Source: Heptranchias perlo (taxonomy: Eukaryota). From it: 64,000 bases of DNA. The position numbers and the translations under genes were made by a program. The notes under the pieces are model-generated. The model worked only from the letters and a program-made list of their open reading frames with translations. It did no database searches and was not told the DNA's origin. Each line of letters opens with the position of its first letter. Position 1 is the first letter of the stretch. The stretch covers positions 22,630,001 through 22,694,000 of the forward strand of contig NC_090341.1 of assembly GCF_035084215.1 (NCBI RefSeq), read 5' to 3'. Of the stretch, positions 24,150 to 38,245 are shown in pieces.

Positions 24150-24752
24150 AATGATATGGAATAAACCATCACAATGTGCCAAAGATTATGCAAGTCCATG
24201 GCAGAACAAGGATGGCCTTGCTTGTACAGGACAAGTGTCCAAGTTCCTACTGTATATTCCCCAGTCAGTTCCCAATTCCAAGTGTGCTGCTACAAGGAGG
24301 CATAGTGTGAAACTTAGATGCTTTCCCTACATGAAGCAACGAAAAATTAAGAGAATTGCCCCAGACCATTATTGCTCACCTCCAAGCGGCCAGTTATAGA
24401 CGCCTTGGAGCAGCCAAGGAACGACAAGAGCGTCAGAGACGTTGCAGAAGAAAGTGAATTACCAAAAAAATAGTTTTATCAAGGGAAATGTATGTGGTAT
24501 AGGAGGGGAAGGTGAAGGAGAGTAAAAGAAAGAGAAAGAAAAAGAAAGAAGTCTACAGAGGTAGAAATATAAAAACAATCTTGTAATATTTGCCATCGCT
24601 TTGGGGAAAGTTTTATGCACCAAGGATAGCTAATCCTAGTCAAAGAAAAGAAAAGCTTCGCTCTCAAATAGTCCGGCAACAGTCCTCTCTAGATTTTAAC
24701 ACTTTTAAGAATGGGAAATTCAACAAGCTGCATCCATTAACATCAACACCAC

Positions 24753-24835
24753 CTTTAGTGAGGCTAGAGGATGGTCTGGACCAAGTAAACTCCAGTGAAA
24801 GGCAGCCAGATCTTCATCAGGTAGGATGTGGTTTC
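24753..24835 (-). CDS. FAM120A: FAM120A exon 3 (83 nt, GNHILPDEDLAAFHWSLLGPDHPLASLK)
   Basis: Translated by hand. Acceptor tttaacttag|GA and donor AAG|GTGGTG; phase 1 to 0. Confidence 0.95.
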
Positions 24836-26509
24836 CTAAGTTAAACAAGAAAAAAAAGTTGTCAAACTAAAATAAAAATACATTTATTCATTTGATTTGA
24901 TGAAAACATGATACAGACCTTTTCTATAGTTCATTTATTTAGGTACATCTAAACAATTTTAAATGTAGGACTTCGCTGAACATACATTATTGTAATAATT
25001 CTATACAAAACAATTTGAACTGTTGGGAGCATGGACTGCTCCATTAGCAAACTTCAATCAGGTGTACACCAGTCCTTTATTCTCACAAATTGTACCCTTT
25101 TATCTTCACCCAATTTTCCAATTGGGTCTGTCCAATTTATGCATATAAATAGGGTGGACCTAATCAGGAAATGGAAACGAACAAGTTTGAGACATCAGCT
25201 CCTTCTTAATGTGGTACTGGAGAGTGCTTCAGAGACTACTGTGAAAGAAGGCTTAATCACAACAGCCTCAAAAGGTTTTTGATCAGCACGACAAAGCTGG
25301 CCATTGTTATGTTCAGGGTAGAAACAGATTGGATATTAGGTGATCCTTAATGTTCGCAGAGAATAATGGACCTGTGGAAAAGGTTGCTGGCTTGTGTGGT
25401 GAATGCTGATTCCCTATATTCATTCAAGCGAGAGCTGGATCAGTTTCTGGCTGGGGCTGAGATCACCTTTTATAAAAAGGTAGGTATTCTGTAACATAAA
25501 ATCAGGATCAACGTGATCTCATGGAATAGTTTCGATCCCGTAAGTAGGTCAGAGAGGAGTTTTCCAGTCTCTTTCTCCCCCCACCCTAATTGGCCTACGA
25601 TTTTAGCTGTTTTTTCGACTCTCCCCAGGAGTTTACATGGCTCAGGTAGGTAGGGTGGAATGTATGTATTGCGATGTATAAGGCATCACAACTGTGAGAG
25701 ACAGGTTGGATGGAACAGTTGGTCTTTTCCTGTCTGTTGTTTCCGTATGAATCCCAAGACCTACAAATTGCATAATTCTTGAAACCTGCATCAAAGTACT
25801 TTTCTGGAAACGGAGTGACAGCTTCTTCCCAGTTGACCACTGATGTGTCTGCTTGGGACCTTGAAAACAGATATAAAGGAATACCTTTCAAGTTTGGAAC
25901 TGTTGAATCAAGTGTCTCCTAAACTACCCTCGGACCTTGTGCTAGAGATTGTTTTTGAGCTTTGCTGTGCTTCGTAACTTCTGCCGTCGACTCAACTTCC
26001 CCTCTCCCCACAAGAGATATTGCCCCCAAGGAATCCCTAACAGCATCACTTGGAAATCAATACGGAAACATGTGGTCTGAGCTAGGTATTCCTATAGAAC
26101 AAGCCCTGGGTTAAAGACTGCTTCCTACCTCAAGGATTTCAATTGTGCATTGTTGCAACAGCCAGCAATCTGCAAAATATATCATATATGCAACTTAACT
26201 GCCCACAGTGCGCTCACTTGTTTGGGAAAGGTATTAATCTATGCCTTTTGATGGTTGTACTCGACCTTGTGGGCTGGGCAAGTTGTCACACACATCTTGA
26301 GTTCCATGAGTTTTATCCTGGACAACCAACCTTGTCAATATTTTTTTTAGATTTGCCACACTTCACCTAAACACAAAGCATCACCAATGAATCACCAACA
26401 AACTAAGTTAACTGAGCTTCCTCCATAGGTGCAAGGACTCTAGGTTTGTCATTCTGAGCAAAATTTAAGGCAGTGCATTCCTGATCATAACAACTCACTG
26501 CATAAAAAA

Positions 26510-27030
26510 ATTCTCATCTCCTCCTCCCTGGCTTTTTTTGCCAATTATTTTAAATGTGTCCTTTGATTACCAACCCTCCTGCCAGTGGAAACAGTTTCTC
26601 TCTTATCTACTCTGTCAAAACCCCTCATAATTTTGAACATCTCTATTAAATCTCCCCTCAACCTTCTCTGCTTTAAGGAGAACAATCCCAGCTTCTCCAG
26701 TCTCTCCACATAACTGAAGTCCTTCACCCCTGGCACCATTCTAGGAAATCTCTTCTGCACCCTCTCTCAGGCCTTGACAGCCTTCCTAAGAAATGGACAC
26801 AATCCTCCGACTGAGGTCTAACCAGTGATTTATAAAGGGTTACCATTACTTCCTTGGCTTTTGTACTCTATACCTCTATTTATAAAGCCATGGATCCCGT
26901 ATGCTTTTTTTTTTACAGCCATATCAACTTGTCCAGCCACTTTCAAAGATTTGTGTATGTGAACCCTCAGGTCTCTCTGTTCCTGTACTCCCTTTAAAAT
27001 TGTATCATTTAGTTTATATTGCATCTCATT
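26510..27030 (-). mobile_element. CR1 ORF2 C-terminal fragment
   Basis: SYVERLEKLGLFSLKQRRLRGDLIEMFKIM. Confidence 0.85.
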
Positions 27031-28229
27031 TCTCCTTCTTTTAAAACTACTAAAGAAATTTTTAGGCAACAATTGACGGTGATTTTGTGGACTACAGGGA
27101 GCTCCAACACCTTCTCCTTGACCGTTTCAATCAACACTATTCAACTACATGCATTTATATAGCACCTTTAACATAGAAAAACATCCCAAGGTGCTTGTTG
27201 AGTGCTTTTGAATTAACATGATCAGAAGACCAGCTATACTGCATTACGGTCAATTCTTTTGACCTGGGTAACTCACACATCAACCACAAAAACTTTCACA
27301 GTCCCACTAAATTGTAGGTGGATTAAATGATACCACTCTATCTTTCAGGATTATTTTCCAGTGTTTCAACCATTATCAACATCAAGAAAGTCAGAGTGAT
27401 ACTTCAACTGAACAATACTGAATCAATGGAACATGTTGACTGAAGAAAATAATAAAATGACCAAGAACACGGAGGAAAAGAAGTCCGTAACATGAAGTGA
27501 AAAATACTGGAAATGAAACCGAACAACTTGCTAAATACTCACAAAAGATAAAGCTACAAATAAATTAACAACAATCAGAGAAGTAACCAATGGCATGTCA
27601 AGCTTTCTTTGTACTGAAGTTGAATCCAGTACTAGGCTTTAAATGTAGTGCAAGAAACTATGTGACCTGTACAGCTAATGGCAGAGTGAAAAATCCTCAA
27701 CAGAAGCTTCCAACTTCCCGACTGGATGATGATGATGCAATATTTTATATGTATATGATGAATCAGTGAGGCAGAATGGACTATGATAGGAATAAATAAG
27801 TTGTGGAAATGCAGTATTTAGTCTACAATGGTGAAGCAAAATAGCAAAAAAATATTTACACTAATCAGTGGAACACTGTACATTTACATAAATCACAACT
27901 AAAACCAAAAAATAAAGTGTCATTTAATCCATCAAGCTCATTTCGGGTTGAGAATATACATTGGAATCATTTAGTAGTTCCATCATCTCATCCCCAATCC
28001 AATACCTTTTGAAAGGATTCACATTACGTAGCTGTTTCACAGCGATAGATCGGTGACTATTGGGATCCTGTTACATTTCAAATCTTAAGGAAGCCTCTGT
28101 ATTTTAGAAGCCTCTGTAATTGTATTATCTATTTATGAAATTTGAATACTGCATGCTAAGAATATCTCAGCCATCTGTCTCTTTCAACTAATTTTTACTA
28201 TGTCTGAGAAAATACAATCGCTATCTGAT

Positions 28230-29660
28230 GTGCAAAATGTCACTTCAAAGACCAATTAACATCACTATCTGGATAGGCGACATACCGTCCCAGACTCCTC
28301 CATTACCATCCCTGAGTATGTCCTGTCCCACCAACAGGATGGACCCACCAGAGGTGGGGGCACAGTGGTATACAGTCAGGGGGGTGTGGCACTGAGTCCT
28401 CAACATGGACTCCAGACTCCATGAAGTCTCGTGGCTTCAGGTCAAACATGGGCAATGAAACCTCCTGCTGATTATTACCTACCGCTCTATCCCAGTGGAT
28501 GAATCAATACTCATCCATGTTGAACACCACTTGAAGGTAGCACTGAAGGCAGCAAGGGCACAGGATGTACTGTGAGTGGGGGTCTTCAATGTCCATCACC
28601 AATAGCGGCTCAGTAGCACCACGACTGACCGAGCTGGCCGGGTCCTGAAGGACACAGCTGCTAGACTGGGCTTGCAGCAGGCGGTTAGAGAACCAACATG
28701 ACAGAACAACTTACTTGACCTCGTTCTCACCAATCTACCTGTTGCAGCTACGTCTGTCCATGACAGCATTAGTAGGATTGACCATAGCACAGTCCCTCAT
28801 GGAGACCAAGTCCCGTCTTTACACTGAGGACACCCTCTGTCACGTCATATGGCACTACCACCGTGCTAAGTGGGATAGATTAAGAACCGGTCTATCAGCT
28901 CAAAACTGGGTATCGATGAGGCGCTGTGGGCCAACAGCAGCAGAACTGTATACCACCACAATCCGTAACCTCATGGCCTGTCATATCCTGCACTTCTCGA
29001 TCACTATCAAGCCAGGTGATCAACCCTGGTTCTATGATGAGTGTAGAAGAGCATGCCAATAGGAGCACCAGGCATAGCTGAAAATAAGATGGCAACCTGG
29101 GTGAAGCTACAACACAAGACTACATGCATGATAAACAGTGGAAGCAGCATGCTTTAGACAGAACAAAGCGATCCCACAACCAACAGATCAGGTCAAAGCT
29201 CTGCAGTCCTGCCATATCCAGTCGTGAATGGTGGCGGACAATCAAGCAACAAACGGAAGGAGGCTCAATGAACATCCTGGCCTCAATGATGGCGGAGCCC
29301 AGAATATGAGTGCAAAATACAAGGCTGAAGTGTTTGCAACCATCTTCAGCCACAAATGCCGAGTGGATGATCCTTCTCAGCCTCCTCTTGAGCACCCCAC
29401 CATCACAGATTCCAGCCTTCAGCCAATTCAGTTCAATCCATGTGACATCAAGAAATAGCTGAGTGCACGGGATACAGCAAAGGCTATAGGTCCTGACAAC
29501 GTCCTGCCTGTAGTGCTGAAGACCTGTGCCTCTAGCCATGCTGTTCCAGTACTGCTACAACACTGGCATCTGCCCGACAATGTGGAAAATTGTCCACGTA
29601 TGTCCTGCCCACCAAAAAAAATGCGGGATAAATCCAACCCGCCCAATTATTATCCTATAA
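28230..29660 (+). mobile_element. Decayed non-LTR retrotransposon ORF2 (endonuclease end to RT start), probably the same family as 6262-7460
   Basis: NLLDLVLTNL, WHYHRAKWD, KPGDQPWF and KAIGPDN motifs spread across frames. Confidence 0.75.
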
Positions 29661-29999
29661 GCAAGGGAGTAAAAGTACTCCTCCTGGCTCCACAAAAATA
29701 CTGACAGCCGCTGCCAGCACGAGCTTGACCCCATGGTTTCACCTCCCCCCCACCCGACAGGACCAACCTACAATCCAGCTTTAGCGCCGGACAGAATTCG
29801 TTAGACCCCGACCAGCCAGCTGCAGCAGGTGTCCGTTTGGTGCCTGCTGCTCATCACTTCAATTCAAATGAGACCCGATGCTGAATTTGGTTCGGGCCTC
29901 AAGCTTGCAAAGACTGGCAGGTGGAGCAATTGCATCGACGTGCTGTCCATTTTGGGCGCCAAGCCGAATTTCTCCCCAATGACTGAAATAACAGAAAAG

Positions 30000-30720
30000 T
30001 TTGCAGCTTTGGATAAATATCCAGGACAACACAGGGTAACAAAACTTCAATTTCCAGATTGAAGAACAATCCACTGCATTTCCAGTAGTGTTGCTTGCTC
30101 CATTAACAGGACCTGATCACTTCTTACATTTGGAAGTGACCAGCGCACAGCTAGGCTGAGCTCGCTGGCCTGACAACTGATGCTGCTGCCTTGACTCTCA
30201 CCTCAATAAGATATGGGTGTTGAGACAAGTTAAGAAGATAGCTAAAGTAAGTTTTTCCTTTTGTTGTTTTCTGTGCCATCATTATCAACCAAAGGTGGAC
30301 ACAAAAATAAATATATTGTTGTTACTTGTGTTGCAAGCATATGGACCAAGTTTATCACCCACCACTGCATTATTCAAGAAGCTCTGGCAGGTAGACTGAC
30401 CAACCCGCAGCCAGTCATGAATATGGGCATCAATTTTATTCAGGCATGAGGCCTCAATGACTGCCAGTTTAGAAATCTGATGTATGATGGCACAATCATG
30501 GTGCATTACTCCAGCAGTCTTTTAAGTTGCGTCACAAAATACACTTTGTGTAAAAGAAAAGACAATTGATATATCTGCTACAAGATGTGGTGGCAGATCT
30601 TGCATTTCTAATAGAAATCACAAGCCACGTGAATGTTCTCAACATGAAGCTGCAAGATGACCAGGTCATGATTAAACTTTGGCTGTTGGAAAGCCAAATG
30701 GCTTGCAACGAACTATTTCG
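30000..30720 (+). mobile_element. hAT (Charlie/Buster/SPIN-like) transposase remnant
   Basis: HHCIIQEAL, INFIQA*GLNDCQF and ADLAFLIEITSHVNVLNMKLQ motifs. Confidence 0.7.
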
Positions 30721-30834
30721 CTTTGTGCTGCCATTCAGAAAAAGTTGTAGGAGCCGACAAAGCCCAGTCCCACATCTGCTCAAGGATAATGGGAGGGCTC
30801 TGCAGGACAGTCCTCCAGTTGTCCATGATAGTCA

Positions 30835-30978
30835 TGGAAACATAGGAACAGGAGTATTCAGCCCCTCGAGCCTGTTCTGCCATTCAATTAGATCATGGCT
30901 GATCTGTATCTTAACCCCATTTACCCACCTTGGTTCCATATCTCTCAATACCCTTACTTAACAAAAATCTAGCAATCT
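30835..30978 (-). mobile_element. CR1 3' UTR fragment
   Basis: cataggaacaggagta...ctcgagcctgttctgccattcaa, same as 14410-14460. Confidence 0.8.
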
Positions 30979-33129
30979 CAGGAGTAAATTAATTGTTTCT
31001 CCTGCTTTGCAGGATTCCTTCAGTTCAGAATTATAATTACAAGTTTAACACCTATATGTATTCCCTTATGCTTACCAACATTCTGCAATCATGTCTCCGG
31101 TTTCAAACTTCCCCACACATCTTTACTTTCAACTATCAAATAGTAAAACAGACAACTTACAATATTCTGGTTGCTGCTGAAGCAAGTTCCTCCATGAAGA
31201 CGAAACCTTAACTAGTGAAACTTGCTGAGTTTTCAGTGTCGTCTTGTAATACCATCTTGGATAAGGAGTATCTTCGAAATACTGTCATCTCTGAGATTCT
31301 ACCTACAACAAGGTGAGAATTGGCTATCTACACTGTTTAGCTATGCACCTGTTTAAATATGGCATTCCAAATGTCATTTTATTTAAATCACTTTGCTCGT
31401 ATATAATTACTGCTAGATTCCCATGTGCAGCACACCATTCCTCTAAAATAGGGCTGGGCAGTAGGAATCCTGTTCACAGACTTGTGTTAGCAACCAGTAA
31501 TCAGCAGATGCATGACAGTAGTGCGGGTTTACCAAGCATCTGAATTTTCTTGCCTTTGATCCTCCTCTATCTTTGTGATTCGGTTGACTTATGGGTTAGC
31601 TAGGTATCCAATCACTACGCAACTCCAAGCTACTGAGAAGGTAGAATTTCCGGCTGCCCAAAATAAACCAGAGTCTTTTCCCCTTATAGGGATATACATC
31701 TCAATGTTCAGAGAGCTTAGGCACAGGTTAGCACAGCCAAGGCTTAGGGACCCATTTAGCTACAGTACTGCTGGAATTTAGCCAGATAAACTACACAACC
31801 TATTAGCACAGAGTACAACTAAGTTTTCTGCTGCTTGTCCAGCAAGGACCACCTATCTGAGTACTGGCTTGCATGATTATTGGAACCAGAGCGGGAAGAG
31901 TCTCAACCGTCAGTAACAGATCTACTCCTCTAAATCCGATTAACAAACCTGCCTGGCTCATCAATCATCAACAGTGCCCTGGACAAATGCACACCCACCT
32001 GGGCTCAGGTATTGGATTACTGATCTGACAGAGATTTGACTGGCTCCAAACTTCCACATGTCATCCTGGAACCACCTTGAGACCAAAGAACCCTTATCTC
32101 CATTCTCCTCCCCCCAGGGAGAGTCATAAAATCTTGTGGTCTTGTACACCTAGTCTGTGATAGATGTTTTTACATCTGGCTTTATAGTGCAATCACGTTT
32201 CACCAGAAGGACGAAAGCAACATCCAGAAAAATGGCCAGTACAAATTGCTCTGCACTACTCTGTACTGAGAGTAGCATTTTCCCCCCAGCAGTTACCAGT
32301 ACCATGTCTCAAAAGGTCTTCAAAGTATATAAAAAAAACTTCATGAACAGGAATGCGGAGCTCTAAATTACTTTTGGTTCCAACAAATCTGAAGACTTAT
32401 CAAGGAGGGGGATGCTGGAAAAAAACATTGCAGTATGGGTAGTAGGAGCCAGGAAGACGGGGGCACAAAGGCAGACATCAATTTCAGTCACTGCTGACTT
32501 TGCTGTCATTAACACAATTTATAACGGTAAGTCTGAAACTGTATCTGATGTTTTCTGAATTCATACCATTTACAGTAGCAAATGGCAGCAAAGTGAACAA
32601 ATTATTTGACTCCCATATAATTGAGTAGAGAACTGAGTGCACAGTGGGTTACCATATTGTCCACTCATTTCTAGGACCTAGGTTCAAAGCTATCCTAACC
32701 CAATGCGATGATAGTCTTCTCACTCTTCTGTGCAAGGGTCCAACACAAAATGGATTTTGATCGTCATAACTCAGTTTCCAGCCTCCGTGGGCTCCTAGCA
32801 CAAAGCGCCTCTTGTCAATCTCAGAGCAGGTGTAAAGATAATAGGTGTGAAGCAGAGAAAAAATAAAATCAGTTGTTGAGCAGAGCACAGAATACTTAAC
32901 TCAGCAACTAGCCATGCTATACCCGATCTGGAATTGTTCAATACCAACAACAATTCTCATTTTGATGAAGACATAAACTTACCTCCCTAAATAGGTTTTT
33001 AAAAAAAAAAGTACCTAGTTTCACTGATGTACTGAAAATTACATAATAATCTGAATCCAACTGTATCATCTGTGATTTAACAAGAAACATATAAAAAATA
33101 CTTTGAAACAGACAGCTGCAGTGTAAAAC

Positions 33130-33899
33130 CAGTGCTGTCCAATAAAAATCACTGACTGGCCACAGGCATGGCTACGGCGACATTGTTTTAGCCACACGTT
33201 CTAATTTTAACAGAAAACTCAGTGGAGAAAACAGGTAAATGTACTTCTAGTGTACATTTACTTAACATCTATCGCCATTCAGTGCAAAATTTTACAGCCT
33301 TTCTCTTTCAACAAAGTTTGGATTTCTGGCATGAATTTAGCAGACAGTGCAGCTTCTAGGTTTTTATCCAACGATTCCGAGAAGAACTTTGGCTTTATCA
33401 GAACGATTGCGGAGAATGTTGACTCACACAACGAGAAGCATCAGACCTGCAGCTGCTCTCCATCCAAAACATGGTTGGATGCTGCTTGCCCTTTGCCATG
33501 ACATGCCCTGATGCAGCTGCTCTTTATTAGCTGGCCTGGAGCAGTTATTCCGATTGGTCGAACCGACCATAAGAGCCATATCGACTGTTCCCCTATCCAT
33601 ACAACTGCTGGTGTTTCCATGGTGCTGAGGTCCAGCATTTTCACCCGTGTCACACGCCACCTTACCGGATAGCCAATAAGCAGTAACCAAGGAAGTAATG
33701 CACACACAACGATCAGAAAAGTACTCTACTTTTTATTTTACCAACAAACACACATGCATACATCATGAGTATTGAGATCACATGCCCAACTGCAGTGTGT
33801 ATTACTCATTTTTTATTTACTCATCAAAAATGTAATTATCCACATCTGGATTCCCAATTAGCTACATGAGGCGAGGGACTGAAGTATTGGACAACACTA
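33130..33899. mobile_element. Non-autonomous hAT-Charlie-like DNA transposon
   Basis: TIRs CAGTGCTGTCCAATA / TATTGGACAACACTA; decayed 8-bp flanks tgtaaaac / tgcgaagc. Confidence 0.65.
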
Positions 33900-33982
33900 T
33901 GCGAAGCATTTAAATTTCAACCTGCCCCTCCTCACTCAAGGAGCAAGTTCAACTATTTTATGGAAGTGAAACCATTATGAAA

Positions 33983-34080
33983 CCTGGGTTCAAATCCAGC
34001 CCAGACTGCTGGCTGTTGAAATCCTATGTGAAATGAGTTTGGACAGTCCCAGTCCAGTTCCTAGTGGGCATGGGCCTACA
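33983..34080 (+). mobile_element. LF-SINE-like fragment
   Basis: ggttcaaatccagcccag...ggctgtt...cctatgtgaaatgagtt...cagtccagttcctagtgg follows the recalled LF-SINE consensus in order. Confidence 0.6.
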
Positions 34081-37052
34081 GAACAAAATTTTAGCTAATC
34101 TAACAATCTCACTCAGGCACCATAGGATGGTGTGGGAAATGGAAAGAAAGTCACACTGGTGCAGTAGAGTGTTCTTCTGAGTTGGAGTTAAAGCATGCTG
34201 TTGGGCCACTGTGGATACAATTTTACTCTGCATCTAGCTGATATCAAATCAGATCTGGGAGGGCTTGATGCTGAAATAGAAAGAATCCTATTCCCCAGTA
34301 CTAACAGCCCTTACCCTTAAAGTGCTGGCAGTTTAAAATTACAAGTTGTAGCACAAAATATTATTTGTGCTAATATTTCTCATTTTACTGCACCACACGA
34401 TTAAGTTCAACAGATTTTACTTCAAATCATTTTGTCAATTACCAGAAGCAGCTTTAAATATTTGAGACGATCACAAGTATGGTTAAACTTTCAGCTAAAC
34501 AAAATTCAACAGCCCAACTTATCAGTGGCACTGCTGGGGGGTGGGGGAATGGACTGTTGGCAATTTGACAGTATGTCCTAACAGTATCCCCCAAATACAC
34601 TCCAAATTCTGTAAGTCTCAATAATCAAGGTTGCTTTATCCCTACTTTGCTTGAATTTTGCTATTATTTTGTCTTTTTTGAGGCTGTAATGTCTTGACCA
34701 TCATTATCAGACTGACCTATTGCAACCTACAAGAGATTATGCTGGATAACCCTCAGCAATTACAACTGATCCATGGTACCGCTTTTCATTTTTAATAGAC
34801 TTACAATACAATAAACTTCAAGTTATTTCCCTGCAATGATCAATTCCAGAAGATCAATACCCTCTTCTAAGTATCATATCTCTGACACATTCAAGCTTTC
34901 CGAACAATGCAAAAGCCATCAAATACAGCAGGTACCGGGGAGGACATAAAGAAATATAACCTATTCTCTGGATTTAGATGTCTCAAGCAGTTTATGACAT
35001 CATCTAAAACATTTAATTAGATTACATATACCGTTACCCAAGAGTAAACTACAAGGCTATGAATGATAACATTTTGTCAAAGCCACAGCTACTCTGTAGA
35101 ATATTCTCAATTCTTGAATTTGGTAACACCAAACCATATGGCCAAGACTGTTAGCATTCAGAATGATTTGGACTAAATAATGTTAAATAGATTTTAATAC
35201 AAATATAAGTGTAATGTACATTAGAACAGGAAATATGAAATCCAGGTCACAATGAGTGGATGTCTATTGGCAAAGGAGGGGGGCAGTATTAGTTAGTGAC
35301 ATCAAGAATGTTTTCTACCTTGTTTGCAAGCGATGTTGGACTGGGTCGTTGTTCTTTGCAGCCTCTAGAGTGGGAGGTCATACCCTTCCCCCTCTAAGAT
35401 TTATCTCCACCTTATGAGCTGCTCTTGTTGGGCCCTAACAAAAACTGCAACAATGCAGACAGCTCCCAAAGCTGTTATTCACTGGTAAACAGGTGACCAC
35501 TTTTAGAGGCGAGAGAAACTCTGCAGAAGGTCTGAATTTTCGAGCCCTTTTAGGAGATCAATTGTTGCTATTCTGAGGCCTCAGAAATATGCAACAAAAT
35601 GTGCAATTGACAGTCACAAAAAATAAACAGTCTTAACTGCAAAATCTAACAAGTTAGGTGCTACAGACAAGCGTCTTGCCAAACAAATTAATAATTTTTG
35701 ACATGTACAGTTTACTGTTTTTCTCAGAAATGTAATTGTGATGAAGAAAACAAACTGCTGAAGAGCAAGTTAAAAGTTGCATTAGGTCCAGGAAGAGGAT
35801 AGTCATGAAACAACACTGTCAAAACATCTCATCATTACAAGGTCTTTGCTCACTTTCCTTCCTCTTCCCCCCCCCCCCACTAATGACGAGGGCTATCTTC
35901 GTAAAACATGAATGCTAAAATGTTTACAATAGATAATTGAACAGTTTTTTTAAATGTATATTTTATTTTGAAAGGTAAACCTTTATTTAACCCTGTGTTG
36001 ATCCAGTTTTGATTTTCCTTACAATTTGTAATAGGTGCCCACTAAACCTTCCCTTGTACCACCCTGCCAAGACACACACACCCCTAACAACAGTAGTTCA
36101 TATTCAATATTTGTTAGTCACAAATACATTTATTAACAGGTGACTCTCACCAACTGTCACACATGGGACTGACAGAATAAGACAACCTAATTTCAGAAGT
36201 ACAAACCTCAGTACAATTAACCAAGTCAGAATAAAAGCCATTTGTTTCAAATTTGATTTTGATTTTTAAGTACATCAGATAGATCATAAATTAATGTGTG
36301 CAGTCAGGGAAATTGCAGGTACTTGCATATTTTCAGAATTCTGTGCAACTTGGGGCAGATGCACAAGTTAACATGCTTCCCCAGTATAACATAATTAAAA
36401 TACACTAAACATAAAAAAGGCCAATGACAAGCTTGCTTACTGACTATAATACAACCAGTCTTTAGGGAACTAGTGAAGTAGATGTAATTTTTCCCGTCTA
36501 AAAATAAAAGATTTACTTCAAAATTATAGTGCTCTGCATTTGATAAGTGAAGAAAATTCTTTTCCTGATATAACATACAACATCCAGAGTGGTAGAATGC
36601 AAGGACACACCTATTCTACTTTTGGAGAATTTCCAATCTCAGCTGGGCTTCATCACAGTGAGTTTAAAGAAAATATTACCAGCCTTGGTTAAGTCACACT
36701 GGGTTGCTCTCGTGTGTTAGCCAAAAAATGGCATTAACAAAGAACAATTTCTTGGATGCTGAATGGATAAACAGTGAATGGCAAGCGACCCAAGGGGTGG
36801 GGGAAAACAGTCATTTTAAAGAGAATGAAGAGTGCCCAATAAGAGAAGGAAAAACTAGTCTTCAAGTGTTTCAAAAATGCAAAACATTTAATCAACTACT
36901 ATAATAAAAAATTAAATTTCTAAATTTAACAATTTATACACTAGTATTAGTGCACTATATTTTGGAATTCCAAAACAATGGACAAGAAACCCTTTCCCCA
37001 ACCAAATTAGCATGCTTTAAGTAATGCTTTTACAGAAAATATGTTCACCCAC

Positions 37053-37299
37053 CTAAGAGTGCAGCAAAGATAACAAAGCGACTAGGATTCAGATCCAGTT
37101 GCTTGGCAACTTCATGCATCAGGTATTGGCTGGTAGTGAGGCTTTTGCCATTCCGGCTCAGTTTAAGGGCATGGGCACTGAAATAGTACTGGATGTTACA
37201 CAATGCATAATCCGAGTCATAAGCAACCAGACCATGGAAACCGTTCTCTCTGCAGAAGGCAATCACTTCCTGATGATGATCTTCAATGCTCTGTGCAAC
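37053..37299 (-). CDS. FAM120A: FAM120A exon 2 (247 nt, VAQSIEDHHQEV...IFAALL-G)
   Basis: Acceptor ttatttttcag|GTT and donor TTAG|GTGGGT. Peptide matches FAM120A; phase 0 to 1. Confidence 0.97.
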
Positions 37300-37734
37300 C
37301 TGAAAAATAATCAGACATTTTATCCACACATCACCTGGAACTGACATGAACAGTTAGCAAATTATATGAATAAATCACAAGATGATTACAAGATTCGGAA
37401 ATAAACTATGAAATCATAACCACGTGGGTATTTCTTGATAACCACAGCTATGCCTGAGATTCATACCCTCAATTTTCTCCCCATTTTTCCAGGCCTCCAC
37501 GGTTTTGGTAGATTCTTTGTCAAACTTCTATCAATTACATCTTTGCTAACTGCCACAAGGTGAACAATATAAATCTTCATTTGATTTTTCTATCCCGACA
37601 GCAAAATACCATATCCTCTATCCACATGGCTCTGAATGGAAAGTCAGTAGACTGGGAAAATTAAACCTGCAACTTCTCTTGGTCCTGCTCTCTGGCATAT
37701 CAACATACAAGCTTGTTCCAAGTCATTTTTTTTT

Positions 37735-37802
37735 GGTGGGGGGGGGGGGGGTGAGGGGGGAGGTGGAGAAGGGAAAAACAATGGGGGGGGGGGGGGGGGG
37801 GG
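37735..37802 (+). repeat. Poly-G tracts (G-quadruplex potential)
   Basis: Several G runs, two longer than 12 nt. Confidence 0.8.
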
Positions 37803-37939
37803 AAACTAGTACTTGAAGCAATATTAAGCTGATTGCAAACAATTCAGGTTATTCATTTTTGAGAACAGCAGTAAGCCAGTAACAATTTTTTAAAAATAAA
37901 ACACCTATATATAAATTGTCCTTACAAATCACTTTGAAA

Positions 37940-38245
37940 GAAGACTTGCATTTAAAAAGCGCCTTTCACGACCTCAGGACATCCCAAAGCGCTTTACAAC
38001 CAACGAAGTACCTTTGAAGCGTAGTCACTGTTGTAATGTAGGAAACGCGACAGCTACTTGTGCACAGCTGTGGGGGCAGATGGGGGTCTCAGTTTAACGT
38101 CTCATCCGGCAGTTCCGACAGTGCAGCACTCCCTCAGTACTGCACTGCAGTGCCAGCCTAGATTTTGTGCTTAATCTAGTGTGGGACTAGAACCACAACC
38201 TTCTGACTCAGAAGCGAGAGTGGTACCACTAAGCCACGGCTAACA
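37940..38245 (-). mobile_element. Deu-domain SINE with internal deletion
   Basis: Tail at left (acttgcattta), tRNA-like head at right. Confidence 0.85.
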
